Positions 1-13,074 are shown, counted from the stretch's first letter. The stretch: 64,000 bases of DNA from Trypanosoma brucei (GCA_000002445.1 CP000068.1:1440001-1504000), one strand, 5' to 3'. The notes: generated by a model from the sequence alone, not told the origin. Made by a program: numbers and translations.

Positions 1-1171
1 GTGCTTGAGCCGTAAATAAAGCCAGTGCTTTGTGGAAATTGTTTCCGCTTGCCGTCTCTATGCTCACTGGTTGAGCGTCGTCTTGTAGCTTTAGAGCCAC
101 GTTAGTTTCTGTCAGTTTCTCTAAAAACTTCTTGGCAACTGTATCCTTTCCCTTACCAAGTACATTCGCTACTGCTGCTTTGCGTTTGTTTGCGTCTTGC
201 TCTTTTGTGCTTTGACCGGTTAGGATTAGCGCTGCCTCTTGTGCGGTAGTATCGGCTGCTAGTTCGTCTAGGGTTTCGCTGCTGAGCGCCGGCTGCATCG
301 CTAGGTCAGCTTTTTGCGCCAGGCAGACCTTGTAGACAAGGTTGGCCGTCTCTGTGGGGTCGTCGTTGCTGTTTGGCTTTGGTGTTTTGCATGCGTTTTC
401 TGTTTCGATTGGTATTGTGTCATGCGCGATTGTTTTGTCTACTGTCGCTAAACCTTGGATGGCTATGCCGTTGGTGCCGCCGCCAGCATTGTTGCCGCAT
501 CCGTCGTTAGCTGTTAGCGGCGCTGTTGTGCTTGGCGTGCTCTTTGCCTGGAGTGAAGCGAACAATGGAATCGCTTTGATCGTGGTTGCACTAAGAAACT
601 TAAGTTTTGTTTCGCTGGCTATCTGCTCGCCAGCCTTATTTAGCTCGCTGTCGGCCGGTTCCGTGTTGCACTTTGTGTTAGCTGGCGGTGTCACGATTGG
701 ATGGACCCCGCATCTTGTGCTGAAGTCGCCGTTTTTCGCGGGTGTTGTTGTGTCCTCTTTGGCCGGTGTTGTGTACTTTACCGTCGCGGCACCGGCTTTC
801 ACCCGGGACAGCAGTAATAGCCCTATCCTGCTCCCCACCTGCTCTGAGAGCTGAGTTACGGTGGTTGTTGCCGCCTGCTGTTTGCTGATTGCCTTATCTA
901 GTCGCTGCGATGAAATTGCCTCTAGCAGTGTATATGCCATTCCGACCTTAGTCATTGCATGTTGTTCCGCTGCGAGTCTGAGTTGCTTTTGTTGTTTGCT
1001 CAAGGCTTGAACTGTACCAAACAGGTTGTTTAGTTTGCCTGAAAAATGCGTAAGCAAGTTGGCCAGGTACTTTCTCTCAGTACACTCGTCCTTGACCGCG
1101 TTAGCTGCTGTTCCTGGTTCTCCCATCGCTACGTTGGCTGTTACAAGTAAGGCTGTGGCTATTAACAACAT
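1..1171 (-). CDS. VSG-like gene, 5' portion only; ORF continues beyond the window start
   Basis: Hand translation of the minus strand gives an uninterrupted frame of ~390 codons. It runs from an ATG at 1169-1171 (with an in-frame stop just upstream at 1175-1177) down to position 1. It begins with a signal-peptide-like 'MLLIATALLVTANVAMGEPG' and contains spaced Cys residues and Ala/Thr/Lys-rich helical-looking segments like VSG N-terminal domains. It is absent from the ORF track because it has no stop inside the window. A 70-bp repeat lies ~2.5 kb upstream at 3655-3730. Confidence 0.45.
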   Translation of the reverse strand, partial: MLLIATALLVTANVAMGEPGTAANAVKDECTERKYLANLLTHFSGKLNNLFGTVQALSKQQKQLRLAAEQHAMTKVGMAYTLLEAISSQRLDKAISKQQAATTTVTQLSEQVGSRIGLLLLSRVKAGAATVKYTTPAKEDTTTPAKNGDFSTRCGVHPIVTPPANTKCNTEPADSELNKAGEQIASETKLKFLSATTIKAIPLFASLQAKSTPSTTAPLTANDGCGNNAGGGTNGIAIQGLATVDKTIAHDTIPIETENACKTPKPNSNDDPTETANLVYKVCLAQKADLAMQPALSSETLDELAADTTAQEAALILTGQSTKEQDANKRKAAVANVLGKGKDTVAKKFLEKLTETNVALKLQDDAQPVSIETASGNNFHKALALFTAQA

Positions 1172-3654
1172 CGTCTACTTATTCTTGGCGGTACCCTTTT
1201 TCTGTTACTACCGTGGTTTTGGTGTTATGCTTGTGTGTCTTTTTGTTGGTGTTGAAAAGAGGGAGAACCTTGATGTTTTCCGACGTTACTAATGCGCCCC
1301 TGACTGACCGCATGGAGGTGAGTCGTCTGTGGGTTGGCCTATAAACAATGCAACAGCTTGCAAGTCTTGTCCACAAAATAACCTCTTCCATTCTTTCCTC
1401 TGTTTTTTTCATCTCTACCCTATTCTCTCTATATTAAACGCTTTAAGTTTCCATATTTGCGTGTTATATCAGTGTTGAAATATATTTTCAGTTACCACTT
1501 TTGTAAGCACCAGTATTGTAACTAACATCGCAGTTTCTCGACCAAACGTCTACAAAAGTGCAGGCGCTTACCAGTTAGCTACATCACTGTTTTCTTGTCA
1601 ATTGGCGATACTGTGAAATGGTTAAACCTAATCTTGCTGATAGTTGCGCTTTGTAGATTTATTTGAGCTTTTTCATTGTTTTTCGGTGTACATTTTGTTG
1701 CCTCTTACCTTGGGTTTGTTGGTGAACTCTTTTTTGATGTTACGTTTTTTTCCAATTGGAGATTTATTGTTTCTAAAGCTTTTATTCTGTCTGTCTTACT
1801 GACTCGGTCTTTTCTGCTAGCACATAGAGATAAATACACAGAGAAAGCACTCTATATATACTCATTTCAGCACTACCCCTAGTTATTTTCATATTTCTAT
1901 TTACTTTTGTCATTCGTGCAAATATCAGTGCTTGACCGTATGTAGCGTGAAACTGAGAATGGATGTTGTTTCTAAGTTGGTTTTAATATGTTAGCCATCC
2001 GGTCATGTTTGTGCACAGTAATTCCCCGCTTGCGTTTACGCCTTGTTTGCGAGAATTTTCTTAATGATTGCTGCGATTTCTTTGTTTTCTGCTTTTCGTG
2101 CTCTTTTCTAGCACCTTGCACCCTTCCGAAAACTATTGTGCATTTAGGCTTATTTTGACCCTCACTGTCTCCCCTATGTCCGTTTGCCTTTCATCACAAG
2201 ATTGTGTGAGTGCCTTTTAAGTGCTGATCGCTTATATTAGCTTTTGTGAATGTACTAATACCGCTGTAGAATGCTCTACTAGACTTTTATATTAATATTT
2301 CTTGCGTTTTCTTGATTAGGTAGTTTATTATTGGTCTGTTTTTCATATTGAAGATACTTTGAAAGACAAACAACTCACTAATTATAATATGTAAGTTATC
2401 ACTTTCAATTTTTGACTTTAACATCTCTGCTACAATTGTCTCTTCTCCAGTGTTCTCGTGGCCAGCCCTGAGATCTGCGAGAAAATTGTAAGATACTGCC
2501 CTGTTCCTTTTCATCGCTGCGGCTGTATGGGCGGTCTGGCTGGATGACTATATTTTAGTCGCTGCGACCTCCTTGCGCTTTAGCTCGTTCGAGAGTAATT
2601 GCATTTTGACTTTGCTGCCCGCTGCTGCTTGTGCTTTGCTAAGTTTATCTGTTAGCGTCTTGATACAGCCGCGTCTTACGTTATCGCCGCACCGAATTGT
2701 GTCACATGGTTTGCTCACCTGGCCGCTCTTGTTATGCAGCACAGTAGGTGCCTGGGTTGTAATTGCTCTTGTTCGGCTTAACAGAAATTCGAATTGTACG
2801 TTGGCAAAAAGTCACGGCCCCGGTGTCGCGTCGCCTGGCTACCTCTGTATCTGACGGTCCTCGTGCAAGTCCAAACTGATCGTGGCTTCCGACGTCGGCT
2901 GCGGTTATGGAGGGGATAGATTTGTTTGAAAGCGCAGTGTTGGAGTCTTGGTTCTGGAGTTTTTCGGTTTGTTATCTTCTTTTTTTTTGTACAAACACAT
3001 TTTGGCCGACTTGCGTGCTGCCTGGCTTTTGCAGCTACGACACGAAATTTTTTTTACAATCAGAACTATTTGTAACCTCTCGGTACATTTATCCTCATAT
3101 AAGTTGTTGTATTAGCCTCGTCTCCAAATATATGACATAATCTCATTCAATTGCCTCACCTCTGCTGTAACTGTGTAAATCAACAGTATTCGCCGGCTTA
3201 AAAATCGTCGCTTTTAATATAAGTTCTTCTGTTTTATTCATCCATATCCAAGTGTAATAGAGGGTATTATCGGCACCTTCTTTTAAATACTAATGTATTA
3301 TTTTTTTGCGGTGCGCTGTGTCTTGTTACACATTGTTCCACCGCATTACATATTATTCCTTCTTCTCTTCCGTCTACTGCTTCTATCACATCACATGCTT
3401 CGTCGGCTCCATTTGACCAGTACACTCAATTTTATTTCTCACTTACTGTCTCTTCCACCATATACATACGTATTATGATTCCAACCGCCATATTTGTGTT
3501 AACATTGCGCATACTCATTTTCCTGTCTGTGTCTCCTTTTATAATATTGTTCGTGCACTCTTTCTCGCTCTTACTATTTTGCACAAAATTACTGTTTACC
3601 ATCATTTGCGTGCTTCAATTCTTCCCGACCATTAAATATTTGTTATCACTTCTC

Positions 3655-3730
3655 TTATTGTTACTGCTCTCATTATAATATTTGTATATACACACACTCG
3701 CAACATACTTCTATTATCCAAAATAATATA
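3655..3730 (-). repeat. 70-bp repeat, single copy
   Basis: '...cattataatatttgtatatacacacactcgcaacatacttctattatcc...' is the reverse complement of the T. brucei 70-bp repeat core (GTGTTGTGAGTGTGTATATACGAATATTATAATG). Confidence 0.75.
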
Positions 3731-4406
3731 AACGTAAAAAAATATCCATTAAATAAACATAATTAACTAAGGTGGAATAAAACTCATTTTTCATGTCCTA
3801 TAACCGTACTACATTACATCAACAGGACACTTTCATACATATTTTATTAAAAATTTTGAAATATACATTGTGATTCCGACCACCTCATCGTGGTGCGAGG
3901 GTCTAGTACTCCGTCCAGAAGGAATCCAACTGCCCCTATCACACACTCTCCGACAGGATTGTGACGAGAAACAGGACTTCTACCACAAGAGAAGGAGAAA
4001 GTAGCAGCATCGGCACTCTGGGGTAAAGAAATATATTAGACTGCTCCTTTGCAGGTGCGAGCGTTCCTCGATTGGGATACATAGGCTTCTACTACTACTT
4101 AGTGGAGATGTATAACAGAATACCAGTCTCATGACTCTTGGAGCCCAGTGGAATGATGGAGGTCTCTCCAAAGCAACGCGGATCGCCTTAGAGAAGAAAC
4201 TCCACAAAGATATGGTAGTCTTCTGTTTATTTTAGGAGACACACTTAGAAGCAGAAAAGTGCTGTGCATTAAAAATCAAAGGATACCAACACATGGTGTC
4301 ACATTCTCTGCATGGTGGTAAGGTATTAATTCTAGTGAGAGAACGCGTGGAAATCATCTAAGGTCCGAAGAAGGAGGGACTGCCGAAAAGTTCCTCGGAA
4401 ACACTG

Positions 4407-7191
4407 ATGTTTTCAGCCGATTTAACGTTAAATATAAAATCAGCTTACTTTCCACAGAAAAATGTCACTATATCCACGCTTGAAATCTTTGAGAGCTCAA
4501 ATAGAACACTGTTGATGGGATACGACACAAACGCACGTCATGAGTTACGGGACCTGTTATGCTCAAATGATACTGTAGGAGAATTTTTGTGGACTGGTGT
4601 CTACAAAATGATATCAAAATTGCAAATGGTGTCAACCCAACGATAAGAATGCTTCACACGGAAGCCATGCCATTTCCAGACGTTACGATGTACAGAGACT
4701 GCAAAGCCATAAGATGGGAGGCAAGTTTCAGTCCAGATAGTGACAACTACTGGATAACGTTTGAGGTGTGCATTGTGATTGGTGTAGAAACGATCGTCAT
4801 TGCAAACCCGCGAAGTGTGTTGTATGCTTGGAACAAAGCAAATTTGTGAGAGTTTAAAAAATGTGTGGCGTAACAATGTTGAAAAAATTAAGCAATTCGA
4901 AAAAAAAACGTGGATTCCATGAATGAGGCAGTGACTAAAGTCATTCGCACAGCAGCAAAGAAAACGATAACGAAATGTAAGTGAGTATTGCTACAGTTCT
5001 GGACACAAGAACTCGCCGAACTGGACACAAAAATAAGAGAGTATACAAATGAAAAGCACAGAGATGTCCTTACATAAAAGAGAAGGAAGGTTCTCACTGA
5101 AACGTCCCTACAACGGTGGAAGGAAAATGTGCCGAAGATGTCAGTGACCGATATTAAAAGTTCGAGTTTAGTTAAGTCCATTTATGCACAGAGAACACTG
5201 ACATCTCCGGTTATGGTAGTGAATGACCACCCCCTAACACGCAGACAGCAAGATAATAAGCTAGCACATATGTATAGAAACTCGCCGACGAAAGCACCAA
5301 ATGCTCCTTCCATGAGTACACCATATCGAGTGAGCGGAAAATTCGCACCAATAACGATGACATAATTTGAGATGGGACTGAGGGAAATGTCTTAAATCAC
5401 TTCCCCCTGTAAAGATGATATACATCGTAAACAACTGAGGAAATTAGGATGCCGTACCAAGTAATGTGTCCTCAAGCTTTTCAACTGTAGCCTACAGAGA
5501 CGCAGGATCCCGAAAAAGTGGAAGCATGACGTTATTGTCCCTATGCTCAAACCCAACAAACCGGCCAAGTGTATGTCATCGTTCCGGCCCATCACACTCA
5601 AAAGCACCCTCTGTAAACTCATGAAGAGGAATGTAGCGTGACGCATACAAGACACAGTAGAGTGTAAGCTACAACCAAAGCAAACTGATTTTCGTCCGGG
5701 GAAGTCTATATTAGACGTCACCATGAAACGCACAGACTCCATGACTCATAGAGTAGCAGGAGAAAAAACTGCTACGGTATTCATTTATTATGCTAGGGCA
5801 TTTGACTCTGTGGATCACATGTGCATAATGGATGCATTAAAAAGATATGAGGTGAACATGCGCCTCATTGCATGGGTTGCTAATTTTCTGTAGCGAAGGA
5901 CTGCAGTAGCATTAATAAACAACACCCCCTCAAAGAAAATACAGCTCACGTGTGGTGTTGTACAAGGTTCCGTGTTGTGGCCGTTGCTTTTTATTATCGC
6001 AATAGAGTTCCTCAGCGCGAAATTAAATGCCATACCAGCCTTTCAACACTGCTTACTCACAGACGACCTCACGATAGTGTCTTCTAACACTGACATGGAA
6101 GCTATTCGGTAGACGATACAAACAGGATTGGATTGTATAGTGAGCTGGTCAGCAGAGCGCTATATGAAGGTGTCTGCAGAAAAAACGCAATAGACGTTCT
6201 TTGTGGTGAGAGACAGAGACTAATTACACCTAATGGTGGGAGAGTACAGATTACATTAGAAGAGATATCTCAGACTCCTTGGGATGACAATGTAGCCACA
6301 CAAGGATGTAAACAAACATGCTCACACCCTACAAACAGCAGAAAATATGAGATTAATGAAACTAAGTGCTGTTGCATCACCTGAATAGGAGGATAGTAAA
6401 GAAAGCATCCGAGCATTTTACTTAGCCTTAATCCAGGCGAAATTATGCTATGGTACCGCTGCATGCTGGCTCAATGATTCTCCATCATACAAAAAAAAGC
6501 TTGACCGAGTACATGCGCAGAAGGAACATGTTATCGCGAGCATTCCAAAGTACGCGAATCGGGAAGATGCCATGAATGAGGCCCGCCTTCACAAGATAGA
6601 TGATGTTGCTTACAGACGAGCAATAGAATACTATTTAACAAGGAAAGCGAACGGTAAGGCAACGGTCTATACAGTGGAAAAAATGTTCTCACACAGTCAT
6701 CCGATACACACGCGTGTGTTGAGTGTGCCATACTTGTATGAGAAAGTAGATGGATCGGAGACGCCACACACGGCAAACGTATTGCAACTGGAGAGGAGAC
6801 TATACTTCAACACCGCAACGCCAGGTGGTCTCCATTCTGACTCTTCAGACAGCGATAAAAAAGACACATAATGCAAAGTGTACGCAGATTCAAAGACTAC
6901 GATTACCAAGTGTGTACGGATGGGTGGGTGGGACTGAATAAATCCTCTGGTGCCGGCGCGATAATATACCCTAGACAAGGTAATGTGGTAAAAGTGAAGA
7001 AAGGAGCAGACAGGTTAGTGTACAGCTACAGAGGCGAGTGTGCAACCATGGAGGGAGGACTTATGAAACTTAAGTCAGTAATAATGATCAAAGAGAGTAG
7101 AAAAATGAAAGTGGAAATATTCGCAGACTTGTTGCCTTTATTAATGGCACTTAAAACGGGTCTTACAGTAGTGAAAGATTCCATACTGTGA
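4407..7191 (+). pseudogene. Frame-broken endonuclease, reverse-transcriptase and RNase H polyprotein remnants of the ingi-like element
   Basis: Consecutive short ORFs in all three + frames align with the corresponding fragments of the second ingi in the window. There is no continuous ORF. Confidence 0.65.
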
Positions 7192-7765
7192 TGCATATGG
7201 AATTTGATCATACACTTCATGAAACTGAGAGTAGCCATGTCACTTCAGTTTGAGTTTTTTCATTCCCATATCCCGAGAAATAACAAAGTGAACGAGGTCG
7301 TAAACAAAGGAAACCACATGCCGCAAACCTAACCCTGCATTAATCACCGACATTTTAAGATGTATAATGCGCCAATTACGTAATCAGGCACAGCGGAACA
7401 TTGCGGAAGGCCGGCACCAAAACACACACCGCAGTGCTTTACTTAACCACATGAAACCAACATCCAAAAAGAAAGGATGCTGATAGGGAAGATGAGTCAC
7501 TGTTAGCTCAATTTAGAACAGGGACTTCAAAACATTTTGGGTTGCTGTATAAGGTGATCACATGAAAAGTGGACGAACTGGAGTGTAGATGGTGTGCAAA
7601 CCATACGGATAACATTCTCAAGAATATCACTGCATTACTCAAAACACTGCAAAGATGTAATAAAATGAGGAAGGAAAGGTGGTAATAGCTACAAGACAGA
7701 ATGACCCTGTCATATGCTCAGTTTGCAACATAATGTGTGAGAGATGACAAGCTGGAGATATTCAC

Positions 7766-9352
7766 ATGTTAAAAATACATCAGGTGGTTTGTGAAAATGC
7801 ACTTCCTGGATTAAAGATTGCGCCAATAGCAGCACAGGCGTATTCTGGCGTCTATCAGTGTCACTTATGTGGTAACGTATTCGAACGAAAGGGGACTACT
7901 GCAACAACATATGCTACAACACCTTCTCACAACTCCAGTAGTATGGAAAGAGCGACAAAAGAGGAAACGAGAAGAAAAAGAACAATGTATAACAACTGTA
8001 CACAAGTGTCAATGACGCCCCAAGCAGTATGCCACGTATAGCTTGTTGACAAGGCATATGTGTCAGAAACATCCTGAAAAGCAAACCGACGTGACACAAC
8101 AAACGGAAATACAAGATGTGAGTAGCGAAGATGAACAGGAGAAAGGAAAAGAAGCATACGAATGTCTCCGCTGCAAACAGGCGTATAAAAGGAAAACATG
8201 GCTTCACCAAACATAAGTGTAATCCTAAGCAGGGTAAAGGGAAACCAAGCGCACAACTACAGCACGTGCTGCCGGAGAGAGAAACATGTAAGATATGCGG
8301 TAAAGAGTACCGTCACAGCTGGATGTTGAGCCATATGAATACAAAACACCACGGGCATGATATCTCACTCAGACCCAAAGTCGATAAATATAAGAAAAGT
8401 AACGAATGAGATATCAAATTTGTAAGCAAAGGAAAACACTGGTGGAGATAATAAAAATAAAGATGACAATATGCCAAAACTTTATGTTGTGACAAATGCA
8501 AGAGGGGTTTCAAAAGCAAGGCATGTCTAACACGCCACAAGTGCGTGAGCATCGAAAATGCGGACCCAAAATGTCAATTTTGTGAACAACCCCCATAGTG
8601 CAATTACACAACCAGAAAACACTAACAAAAATAGATCGAATGTCAGCACCATAGATAGAGCACTCCCAAACTCAGACTCGTCACACAGAAAAAACTTGAT
8701 TTCCACGACAAGAAAGAGAAAAAGAAGAGACCGAGAATGACACTCCAGAAGGTATTAGAAAAATGTTCGATCAGAGAGAGGAGCTCAAACACAAAAGGCA
8801 GAAGGGCAAACAAAGAACCATCGTAGAGAGTTTGCATGTAAAAGGTGTGAGAACACCTGCGTGTCCTGGTGCACCCTAGCATGGAATACCAGAACACACC
8901 ACAAAAATGCAATCACTGTAAAGAGGAAGCGCGAAGAACGATCCCTTGAAATCACACCACAGACCTCTCTCGAGCACCAATGTTCACACTGCTTGAAGGT
9001 ATTTGCACACAATCAATATCTCACAATGCACCTCCAAGCAGCACATGGGCAGACACGTAACACTGATAGGCGAAATGAGCTAAAAGGAAAATGCAAAGAA
9101 ACATCGGCTCACCTATTACAGTCTCCCGCTTTGAGTAAGCTCATGTCAGAGCATAGAGTAGACAGTCTGAAAGAGGATTACTTATACTTTAGTGTTAAGC
9201 TGACGAACTTCCCAAAAGCATTCTTCTCTCCGACTGCAAATTCGGCTTCCACCATAGAAGCGAAGAAATTGATAACCCGACCGCGAGTAAATAGTGATAA
9301 AGGTTACCATCATGTTAAATATTCACTGACTACATGCGACACACTCGGATGA
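7766..9352 (+). pseudogene. C-terminal C2H2 zinc-finger region of the ingi-like polyprotein, fragmented
   Basis: Three CxxC...HxxxH motifs sit in separate ORF fragments. They are homologous to the zinc-finger fragments at 47903-48250 and 48887-49117 of the minus-strand ingi. Confidence 0.6.
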
Positions 9353-9744
9353 GAACCAGTGAGATTTTCCCCAAATAATGGACAACAATATCCAAAGAGG
9401 GCTTCCTCAACAAGACACCATTAGCCAGGCCCCACAGGAGGAAGCGAGTGGCGGATCGTGAAGATGGAAAACATATCAGCGAAGGATGTTGCCACAAGGA
9501 AAGTTTATATTGATCGATTGAGGCGCATGCAAGTTAATTTACAATGATAAAAATTTTAGATTTTTTATATATTTTAAAATTTTCAAAATTTTCAACAATT
9601 GACTCGTTATGAAACAATGTAAAAGCATATAAAGTTTCAGAAATTTCATAATATTCCACCAAAATAAAAAGTATTTTAGAAATTTCATAAAATTTATATA
9701 AATTCTTTATAATCCTCAAAGTCCGCAAAATACTAAACTTATAA

Positions 9745-11242
9745 AAGCAGTAGCCATACTTAGAGCAAATTTCTTATTGATAAGGGAACTGGAATCTTTG
9801 TAATTCTATCCTTCCCATTTGCAATTCGGAGATTTGCAGTCATCCATTTTCTTATCCTTGCATTTCTATGTTGTTGTTTCGGTTCCACAAGTTTGAGTTT
9901 TTGTTTCAGGGACACCATTTGCTGTGGATTTGGTTGCGTTAAACTTGCACTTTTTATCCTCTTCAGTTTCGGTACTGTTATAACTACAGAAAGGTTTGTC
10001 GTTGCATTCGTTTGCATCCTTTATTTTATTGCATTCAGTTTCCCCTAAGTTGTTGTTGCTCGCCGACAACCGGGCTACAGTCAGCTCCTTTCTTAGTTTG
10101 CTTATAAGCTCCGCTGCTTCCTTCTCGCAAAAAGCCAGGATCGCCGCCAGCTGCCCTGGCTCCGTTACAGCTCGTAGCTCTGTTTCGTCGCCGTTGTTAA
10201 TTATTTTCATTGTCAATTTGTAACTATAGACTTCGTGGAGAAAGGCTTGAATTTTGTCTTTTACTGGTTCTTTGAACGCCTTCTTGACTTTGTCGTCTAG
10301 CTTCAGGTTTGCTTTGTCGGTTGTGGCGTGGATGAGGTGTAAAACGGCTTCTTGGAGGTCCGGCGTCGCTTCAGATACCGTGGTGTTGTCGTTTTTGGCG
10401 GGGTTTTCTGTTTAAAGTGCTTCAATGGCGTTATAGAGGTCGTTCCATACCTTCGCGTCGCCTGTTGTTTGTGCCTTTGCCGTCCCCAACCCCAGTATTG
10501 TTAGGGCATTGTTCGCCTGCGAGACACTGATGAGGTTCATGGCGAGTTTCGCTGGCTGTGTTAGGGCTCCGTCTTTTGCTAGTCCGTTTGCGTTTTGAGC
10601 GTTGAAAAGCACGCAGTCCTTGCTCGCTTGTGTTTGGTGTTCGTTGGCGCTGGCCGCCTCAAGCATGTTTGTGAAACCGCTGGCGTCCGTTAAGTCGAGG
10701 TTATAGTCTCCGGTTACGTCTATGTTTGGCGTTACTGCGCAACTTGTGCCGCCTGCTCCTTGTAGTTTGGTTGCGTGGCAGTAGCCGCTGTTAGCTTGGT
10801 CGAGGAGGCAGCCTTTTCCGCCGTTTACAGTGTGCGTCGCAATCGTCAAAAATTCGGTCAGTCTGCCTTGGAAGTATTCAGCGGCGCTGCTTGCTTTAAT
10901 GGCAGTTTCAATGGCGACACTTGTTAAATTGTTTAGCGTTTTTTCTGCTTTTGTGGCAAAAAATACTTGCAGTATCCGGGCTTGCCGGGCTTTATCCGCG
11001 TCCGCTGTTTTCATTGCAAAGATGGCGCAACGTGTTGCTGTTTTGCTTAGCCGCTGAGCTAGTTTTGTGGTTTCTTTTAGCTTTGTGGCCGCTGCTTTAG
11101 GCACCTGGCCTAGTTTGTCCGCAAGGCCGCATATTTTTGTCCAGGAGCCGTGAACCATGCCGTCGCCTGCAGCCGGGGATGCCTTCTGAGAATTTACTAT
11201 CATTATGAGCAAGGCTTGAGCGAATGCTGCTACCGCCTTCAT
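9745..11242 (-). pseudogene. VSG pseudogene (frameshifted)
   Basis: ORF 10412-11314 has the signal peptide 'MKAVAAFAQALLIMIVNS' and a VSG N-terminal domain. The C-terminal domain lies in other frames (9866-10216 '...CNKIKDANECNDKPFCSYNSTETEEDKKCKFNATK'). The GPI tail '...NKKFALSMATA' precedes a stop near 9745. Confidence 0.75.
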
Positions 11243-13074
11243 TCTTTTCTTTGTTTGGCAGAGCTTTGACAAAACTATCGGTTTGTGGTATTTTTTTAAG
11301 TACAATTCTGCCACAGATATGATCAGTTTGATTGAAAGTCCGACAGTCTGGTTTGTCTCTCCTTGATGTATAGCATGGTTTTACTACTTTACAAAATTTA
11401 TTGCTTTGGCTGTCGCTGCGGGGGAGCGAACAGCTTTAAGGTTAATGATTAGGTACATTTTTTTTTTCAATCGCTTGTTGCTTCTTTCCACTGAACAAAC
11501 AAGTTAAAGTGAATTACGTTTGGAACTGTAAGAGATTTATCTACAACCGCTATGTCCAATCGAACTGCTTTCCGCACTCTCACGTCTCCTTTAAGCACGC
11601 CGAATGTAACAAAGTTTAGTCTGGCGTAAAAAGTCGTTTCTCCATTTCTTGCCTGTGGTTGTTGGTGCATATATCCGTCGGTTTTGTCCAGGCAGTCGCT
11701 TAGTCCAGTGTCATTTTCTAGAGCTTGGTGTTTACACCTATTTATCCCACTTACCTCACTTCCAAAAAACGAATTTTGGAACAGTTCGTCTTCGATTTTC
11801 GTCATTGTTCTACATGGTTAACGACTTATTTTATTTATTTTATGTCCTACTTGCTTACCTTTAGTTTCTCCTCCATAACTTCACCGCCCCACGTTTTGGA
11901 GGGTGTGCAGGTATCTTAGCTTGTTTCTGGAGGTTTGCAAAGAAAGCGCTGAGTAAGGCACAGAATCTCCATTTTTCTTCTATCCTGTACTACTATACAC
12001 CTATATCTACAACATTTATTATGTATTGGTTTCACTGCACTCTATAATTTGTTTGCTTACAGCTACCGTTCAGCTTCTGATTAACAATGTAACGTTAGTG
12101 TTACTGACGTACAATGTCGATATTTTTTTCTTCCTGCAATCAATTTGTGTCGTTTTCTAGAAATTCTGGTTTCCATTGTTTAATTACGGTCCATAAAGTT
12201 ATTTCGTTGCCGCTTCTTCTGTGTTAATCCATGCTGTTAGCTATAAATAAGAGACACATCCTATTTTAATTGCTTGTGCTCTTTAAACGGCTTTGACGTC
12301 TCGCCAATACAGAAATACGGGAATGGAAGAATATCACCAGTGACTCTCTCTACTTCATAGAGTTCTTCAATTGCCTCATCTATGTTATATCTAAATCAAC
12401 TTCCTCGCTGTTTATGCTTCTTTTTATATCGCTGGTAACATAATAGCAGTCCAAATTTTAAAATAATCCTCGCAATAATATTATAAATATTTTTACAGAT
12501 GCTAGCACTATTTACTTTGTTTGATAAAAAATACATTGACATAACTTCAACTGTAAACAATACCGTTCCAATACAGCTGCTTCTTATGGGTTTTCTGCAA
12601 ATCTAGATATTAGAATTCACAATTAAATTAAAAACTACATTTACTATTGCTATCTCTTCCATAGCATATATATTCACTTTTAGTATAATAAGTGGCATTA
12701 TCTGTTACTGTTTCATGTTATTTTGTGTTACGACGTCTTGTGGCCTATCTTTTCATTACATATTTATCATTTTTTTATTTTTTTCTCTCCATTCTTCCGC
12801 AGATGACGTAGAAATTCAATTTGGCTACTAAAGAGGACTCTTTCTATTCCTCATTGTCCTCTTTCTCATTGCATTGCGCATGACGGTGACCATTTTCATG
12901 TTTGTGATTGAAACTTGAAATCTTCAAAATTTCTTCGCTTTATGTTTCTCCTTCTGCGTTCCATTTTATAATATAACTTTTCTTTGATGTTTTGTTTAAT
13001 TAAACCCCCACTTACTTACTTCAATTTCACCCTTGTCGTTGCCTTCAGTTTTTCTATTTGTCTACTAATTCAGT

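Larger units (their letters stand above)
3866..9555 (+). mobile_element. Degenerate ingi/L1Tc-clade non-LTR retrotransposon, diverged from canonical ingi (DIRE-like)
   Basis: The 5' end 'cattgtgattccgaccacctcatcgtggtgcgagggtctagtact...gtagcagcatcggcactctggggt...aatatattagactgctcc' is homologous to the 5' end of the ingi at 47606-52886. Colinear frame-broken ORF fragments match that element's endonuclease (4589-4849 'DIKIANGVNPTIR' vs 'DLKVANTGSITRR'), 5129-5365 ('RTLTSPVMVVNDHPLTRRQ' vs 'RSLTSPMLVVNGHRLTKRQ'), RT region (5400-6500), RNase H (6871-7191 'FKDYDYQVCTDGWVGLNKSSGAGAIIYP' vs 'FKDYDNQVWTDGSVVLDVSSGAGALVYP') and C2H2 zinc fingers (7766-8041 'HLCGNVFERKG', 8131-8409 'CKICGKEYRHSWMLSHMNTKHHGHD', 8861-9352 'CSHCLKVFAHNQYLTMHLQAAHG'). 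The 3' end '...aatttacaatgataaaaa' resembles the ingi end '...aatgcacaatg(a)n'. The coding frames are heavily interrupted, so it is non-autonomous. Confidence 0.75.

Noticed and set aside
1179-1412. 77-aa minus-strand ORF listed in the ORF track just upstream of the VSG-like start
   Set aside because: Different frame and Lys/Thr-rich low complexity. The adjacent long frame starting at 1171 with a signal peptide is the more plausible gene.
9556-9745. Possible 16-mer in the 3' flank of VSG 9745-11242 ('ttatatattttaaaat')
   Set aside because: The orientation is wrong for a minus-strand gene and there are 4 mismatches. The 3'UTR of this pseudogene is simply degenerate.
11467-11805. 112-aa minus-strand ORF upstream of a VSG
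   Set aside because: No counterpart at the equivalent position of the other cassettes, and no recognisable motif. Probably a chance ORF in the VSG upstream block.
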